From the NCBI GenBank assembly GCA_965223505.1, contig CBDCWP010000035.1:1-49064 (forward strand): DNA of 49,064 nt, given 5' to 3'. Below are positions 46,243 through 49,064 of the stretch, piece after piece (position 1 is the stretch's first letter; the number at the start of each line of letters is the position of its first letter). Both the position numbers and the translations under genes were made by a program. The notes below the pieces were generated by a model. The model was not told the origin of the DNA. It saw only the letters and a program-made list of their open reading frames with translations, and did not search any database. The DNA comes from Planctomycetota bacterium (GTDB lineage Bacteria > Planctomycetota > PLA2 > JAEUHO01).

Positions 46243-49064
46243 TCCCACGCGCCGATCTTGCGCTGCCAACGCCCCAGGAACGCGTTCACACGGTCGCGGT
46301 GCGTCTTGTAGTAGACCGTCCCCATCACGAAGACCACGCCCACCAACAACACCAACAGTCCGACCGATGTCAGGCGCATCGTGTGCTCCATCGCACGCAG
46401 CAACCGATAGAAGATCGACGCCAACGACACGACGAGGCCGCCGAAGCCCATCAACAGGAACAGCCGCACGCGCAACAACGCGCCCGCCGCCATCGACGCC
46501 AGGCACAATGCGAACAACGTCACGTTGAACGCGATCGTGTGGCTGTCGTCCGCCAACGCGTAGTACCCGGCGCTCGCCAGCATCGACAGATGCGCCGCCG
46601 CCCGGACGCGGTTGCGCGTTGCGACCGTCATGTAGCGCCGCAGCATCTGGACCAACGCCAGCACGCCGAGACCGACCGGAATGACGTACGCGTGTGCTTG
46701 GCGGAACTCGAACTTCGAATGGAACGTGATCAGCACGAACGCCACGAAGCCCGCGATCGCGACGATGCGGTACGGCGACTCGCGCTCGTCCTTTCCCATG
46801 TACGAGAACATCAGGCTCTGCAAGCCGACCACGACCAGCATCACGTCCGTCCCCAGGTCGTTCGCCAGCGTCCAGAGGACCGCGAACGCCGGCAGCAGGA
46901 ACAGCCCCGGCCACAACGCGCGGCGTACGTCTCTCGCGCCGCGATCGATGTACGGCTTGCTGCCCGACAGCAGCGTCGACAGCACGAGCACGGCCCACAC
47001 GTCGTACTCGGCGCGCCACATGCCCGGGTTCGTCTCCGAGACGAACATCCGCAGCGAGATCAGGAATCCGATGCCGCAGAGCTGCAGCAGCGTCATGGCG
47101 ACCGCCGGACGCCGCTTCGCGTACGCGCTCCAGCCCTCCCAGCCGATCGCGGCGTACAGCGCCAGGAACATCCAGTGCTCGCGCACCAGCAGCTCCGACA
47201 GCCCGTGCAAGCTGTGCAGCAGCGCCGTGACGGCGAGCGCCACCCAAACGCCGCACCGGCCGATCGCCCCGCCCGACGTCATGATCACCGAGCGCGTGTG
47301 ATCGATCAGCCGTGGGACACCGGGCGTGAACAGCGACACGCTCTGCGGCAGGTGCGTCGCGCACCACCGCAGCCCCGCGGCGATGCCCACCAGCACCAGC
47401 GTCGCCCAGCCGATCGCCCAGGGTTCGATCGCCCTGTCGATCGACGCGTTCGGCCCGATCAAGGCGAAATACGTGAGCCACACAGGCAGGAACAGGAACA
47501 GCGCCGCCACGCAGCGCTCGCCGGCATGCTCGGGCGTGTCGTGTTCCTGGGGCGTCTGGTTCGCGAGCGCCGCCGCCAAGCCCACGACCCACAGCCCCGC
47601 GACGCTCCAAAAGCTCGTGATAGAGCGCGTGCCCGAAGCACAGGACGAAGAGCGCCGTTGCGGCGGCTTGCAGCGCGCGCACGTTGAGATGCCGCCCGAT
47701 GAACGCGTGCACGGTCAGCGCCAGCGCCCACAGCCCCAAGACGATCCACACGACCGCGTTCACGGCAACGTAGCTCTCGATGAAGAAGTCGGCGTGCAGC
47801 GCGATGAAGAGCTCGATGCCGGCCACGGCATGCAGCCATCGGTTGCGGCGCAGGAATGCCTGGTGGAAGACGACGGTCGCGACGCCGGCCAACAGCGGCG
47901 CGAACGCCTTGGGCATCGCCGGTTCGCAGTTGCTCAGGCCCCAGATCGCGGCGGCATGCAGCGCGACGAGCAGGAAGGTGCCCCAGCTCGCGCGCGACTC
48001 GGTCCACTCGGCTTCGCTCAGCGCGCCGATCCGCCGGATCCCGGTCCGAAGCGGCGACTTGCTGCTGCTCACCGCCATCCAGAAGTGCGCCAGCGCGACC
48101 GCGCACCAGGCCGCCGGCACCGGATCGGAGAACGGGCTCAGGCCCGGGAGCCACGTCAGCAGGAAGAAGCTGCCAATCATGAGCGCCAAGCCGCCGAAGT
48201 AGCTCAGCCAGAGCGACGCGCCGAGGCCGCGCAGCCGCACCATCACGAGCCCGAGCAGCATCACCAACGGCGCGTTCCAGTGGTAGGCGTCGACCTGAAC
48301 CGGGTCGTTGTGGAAGAACACCGCCTGGAACGCCGGGCGCAGGATGTACAAGCCCAGCAGGATGAAGCAGATCACACGTGCGCTGTTGCGGTAACGCTCC
48401 GCGACGTCGTGGTGCGTGGCGTACCAGCGTCTCGGCGCGGGCGTAGAAGAACAACGCGGGCATGCCGAGCGCGAACATCGCCGTCGCCGGCGTGCGCAGG
48501 AACGGAACGAGCAATGCGAAGCACCCGATCGCGAACGCGAGCCCGTAGTGGTACATGCCCTCGCACAGCCGCACGTACGGCTTGACGCCGGGATCCCTCG
48601 CGCGCGCGACGTACCGGAAGTAGAAACCCGCCAGCACTGCGATCACGCCGGAGATGAGGAACCGTTGCCACTGGATCTGGCCGAGGTCCGGATGGGTGAA
48701 GTAGTTGAACGTCAACAGCATCAGGACGAGCCCGGCCAATGCCAGGCAGCCGCGGCTGATGTACGTGCGAATGCGGAACGACTTGATCGCCATTCGCAGC
48801 GCCGTGAGCTCGGCCAGCGTGATGATCAGGCCCAGGCACACGACGTGCGGGTCCGAAAGCCCCACGACGCCAGCCGTTCGCCGAACAGCGCGCGCACTGC
48901 GAACACGTTGCCCATCGTCACGACGACGATCGCGACCGCGTGCAGCACGTGCCAACGCATGCGCAGCGCCACCGCCACCAGCGTCGCGGCGCTCAGGTAC
49001 GGAATCCACGTCCACGCGGCGTCGCCGGTCAGCGCCGAGGATTCGGCGTGCATCGCGGACGCGA
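46239..49064 (-). CDS. Large polytopic membrane protein, 5' end outside the window, with three frameshifts
   Basis: Continuous hydrophobic sequence spread over four track ORFs; frame switches at about 48860-48863, 48424-48425 and 47609-47612. Confidence 0.75.

Overview
High-GC (roughly 70% by eye) bacterial window. Its gene content suggests Planctomycetota (six ECF sigma factors, an ECF-Ser/Thr kinase pair, LRR, PQQ-propeller, prenyltransferase-barrel and DUF4139-like proteins); the taxon is inferred, not shown. About 37 CDS, mostly envelope/exported proteins and signalling. No rRNA, tRNA, CRISPR array or transposase was recognised. Main candidates: (1) an ECF sigma followed by a zinc anti-sigma domain fused via a TM helix to a thioester alpha-2-macroglobulin, with the same GATGTACGG-N16-CGTC motif upstream of both genes, suggesting a protease-trap-coupled signalling system; (2) a stand-alone ~225-nt structured transcript with a 14-nt complement to the 16S rRNA 3' tail and an 11-aa sORF; (3) three membrane-anchored ECF fusions that each have an SD plus in-frame ATG just before the signal/TM segment; (4) a lipoprotein paralogous to the ectodomain of the neighbouring kinase; (5) a PRMT-like methyltransferase, a five-module hydrolase polyprotein, an extended diadenylate cyclase and GTAG-type REP doublets. 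Four single-base frameshifts in short homopolymers look like sequencing errors.
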